From: Camelus dromedarius
Taxonomy: Eukaryota
Assembly (NCBI RefSeq): GCF_036321535.1
Contig: NC_087437.1
Coordinates: 111,354,001 to 111,418,000 of the forward strand
Length of the DNA stretch: 64,000 nucleotides
Direction: 5' to 3'
Below are positions 62,190-64,000 of this stretch, in pieces. The notes below the pieces were generated by a model. That model was given only the letters and a program-made list of their open reading frames with translations. It searched no databases and was not told the DNA's origin. Position 1 is the stretch's first letter. Each line of letters starts with the position of its first letter. A program made the position numbers and the translations under genes.

Positions 62190-62400
62190 ACTGCTCTCAC
62201 CAAAGCATTTATCACACTTTCTTGTACTTCCTCACAGTTGGGACTTCTAAAGTGTTTGTTTAATGCACTGTCTTTACGAAGATGAAGACCACTGCTGATT
62301 GATTTTTTTTGTCCCCTGCATCTAACACATCGACTGATATGTGGAAGGCACGGAGTCAGTGTTTGAGTAAATGAAGAAGGGGGAAGGATTGAATGAATGT
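62190..62400 (+). mobile_element. L2 3' end
   Basis: AGCATTTATCACACT ... GTCCCCTGCATCTAACACA ... TGAATGAATG. Confidence 0.75.
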
Positions 62401-62529
62401 AAAAATAATAATAATAATTAAAGCAGCAGCCAGTATTGATGTCACACAAGAAAAGCATAGAGGGAAGAGGACCAAAAAGTGGGGTCTGTTAATTGTGGCA
62501 ATTGCTGCAGAGCCCAAGTAATGACAAGA

Positions 62530-62745
62530 AGGATGGACTCAGTGCCTGCTGTGCTCCAGGCACTGTTCTAGGAGAGGCAGGTGTATTAATCCAACTAATC
62601 CTCAGGATAACCCACAAGGTAGATTATCCCTCTTCCCATTTTATAGAGAAGTAAGTAATTGGCCCCAAATCACATAGTCAGCAAGCGATAGATGAACCGA
62701 GGTCAGGACCCAGGCCACCTGGCTGCAACGTCTGTGCTCACAAGC
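62530..62745 (-). mobile_element. MIR
   Basis: CCAGGCACTGTTCTAG ... AATCCTCAGGATAACCC ... CCCATTTTATAGA. Confidence 0.85.
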
Positions 62746-62884
62746 ACATCACACCTGGGGAATGAAGGAATGAAGCCCTTTGGAGTGAACACCTAAGGAC
62801 ATAGCCCCAGAGAGGACCTGGCTGGGTACATGCAACTGGTTTGGAGTTGTTCAGAAAGTTCCAGGGATTGGAGGAGTTAATAAA

Positions 62885-64000
62885 TGGTTGTACTACTCAA
62901 AGCAATCTACAGATTTAATGTGATCTCTATCAAATTTCCCAGGACATTTTTCACAGAATAATCTTAAATTTTACATAGAATCACAAAAGATCCCAAGTTG
63001 CCAAAGCAATCCTGAGGAAAAAGAACAAAGCTAGAGGCATAACTCTGCCAAGACTTCAGCCAATCCTACAAAGCTACAGTAATAAAAACTGTATAGTATT
63101 GTCACAAAAGCAGACTTATAGATCAATGGAACAGAATAGAGAGCCCAGAAATAAACCCACACACCTGTGGTCAACTAATCTTCAAGTAAAAAGGCAAGAA
63201 TATACAATGGAGAAAAAGTCTCTTCAGAAAGTGGTGTTGGGAAAGCCCGACAGCCACATGTAAATCAATGAAGTTAGAAGACTCCCTCACACCATACACA
63301 AAAATAAACTCAAAATGGCTTAAAGACCTAAATATAAGACATGATACCAAAAAAAATTCCTAGAAAAGAACACAGGCAAAACATTCTTGGACATAAATCA
63401 TAGCAATATCTTCTTAGGTCAGTCTCCTAAGGCAAAAGAAATGAAAGCAAAAATAAACAAATGGAACCTAATCAAGCTTAAAAGCTTTTGCTTAGCAAAG
63501 GAAATCATAAACAAAGCAAAAAGACAACCTCTGGACTAGGAGAGAATATTTGCAAGCAATGTGACTGACAAGGGTTAATTTCCAAAATATACAAACAGCT
63601 CATACAACTCAGTATTGAAAAAATAAACACACCAATCAAAAATGGGTAGAAGACCTAAACAGGTATTTCTCCAAAGAAGAAGTATATATGGCCAACAGGC
63701 TCATGAAAAGATACTCAACATTATTAATTATTTGAGAAATGCAAATCAAAACTACAATGAGGTATCACCTCACACTAGTCAGAATGGCCATCATTAAAAT
63801 GTCTAAAATACTAAATGCTGAAAAGGGTGTGGAGAAAAAGGAACCCTCCTACACTGTTGATGGGAATGTAAATTGGTGCAGCCACTATGGAAGAGAGTAT
63901 GGAGGTTCCTTAAAAAACTAAGAGTAGACTTACCATATGATCCAGCAATCCCACTCTTAGGCATATATCCAGAGAAGACGAAAACTCTAATTCAAAAAGA
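62885..64000 (+). mobile_element. 5'-truncated younger L1 (cetartiodactyl-type), ORF2 3' portion, disrupted, runs off the window
   Basis: AAAGCAATCTACAGATT, GATCAATGGAACAGAATAGAGAGCCCAGAAATAAACCCA; ORF 63739-63921 [12 protein letters not shown] is the L1 ORF2 C-terminal region; no long open frame. Confidence 0.95.

Noticed and set aside
62885..64000. Active L1 ORF2
   Set aside because: 5'-truncated, with only a short open frame remaining

Overview
Non-coding mammalian genomic DNA, read by eye with no database searches. It is most likely from a camelid, judged from one tRNA-Ala-derived SINE of the camelid type at ~47.6 kb, cetartiodactyl-type L1 ends, and the absence of Alu, B1, Bov-A, PRE1 and Can-SINE. 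I could not support any protein-coding gene or intact RNA gene. The listed ORFs are random, microsatellite-derived or decayed L1 ORF2. A large share of the window is old interspersed repeats (MIR, L2, L3, L1M, HAL1, MaLR MLT1, ERVL MLT2/MER77/LTR16, hAT MITEs) plus several ERV1 solo LTRs, two with perfect 4-bp TSDs. Repeat subfamily names come from memory of consensus sequences and most boundaries are approximate. The most interesting structures are (1) a 157-bp ungapped inverted duplication at 20295-20835 that replaces the core of a MIR, (2) six perfect copies of GTGATGTAACTACT, a C/EBP-ATF/D-box-like motif, at 49992-50119, (3) a 54-bp direct duplication with a mosaic junction (11263/12157), (4) an MLT1C LTR strongly shifted from AT to GC (19804-20255), (5) two quasi-palindromes, and (6) a dense AP-1/KLF/ETS/FOX motif cluster at ~22.1 kb. 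I found no convincing new biological system. The best candidates are lineage-specific regulatory or structural novelties produced by local template switching.
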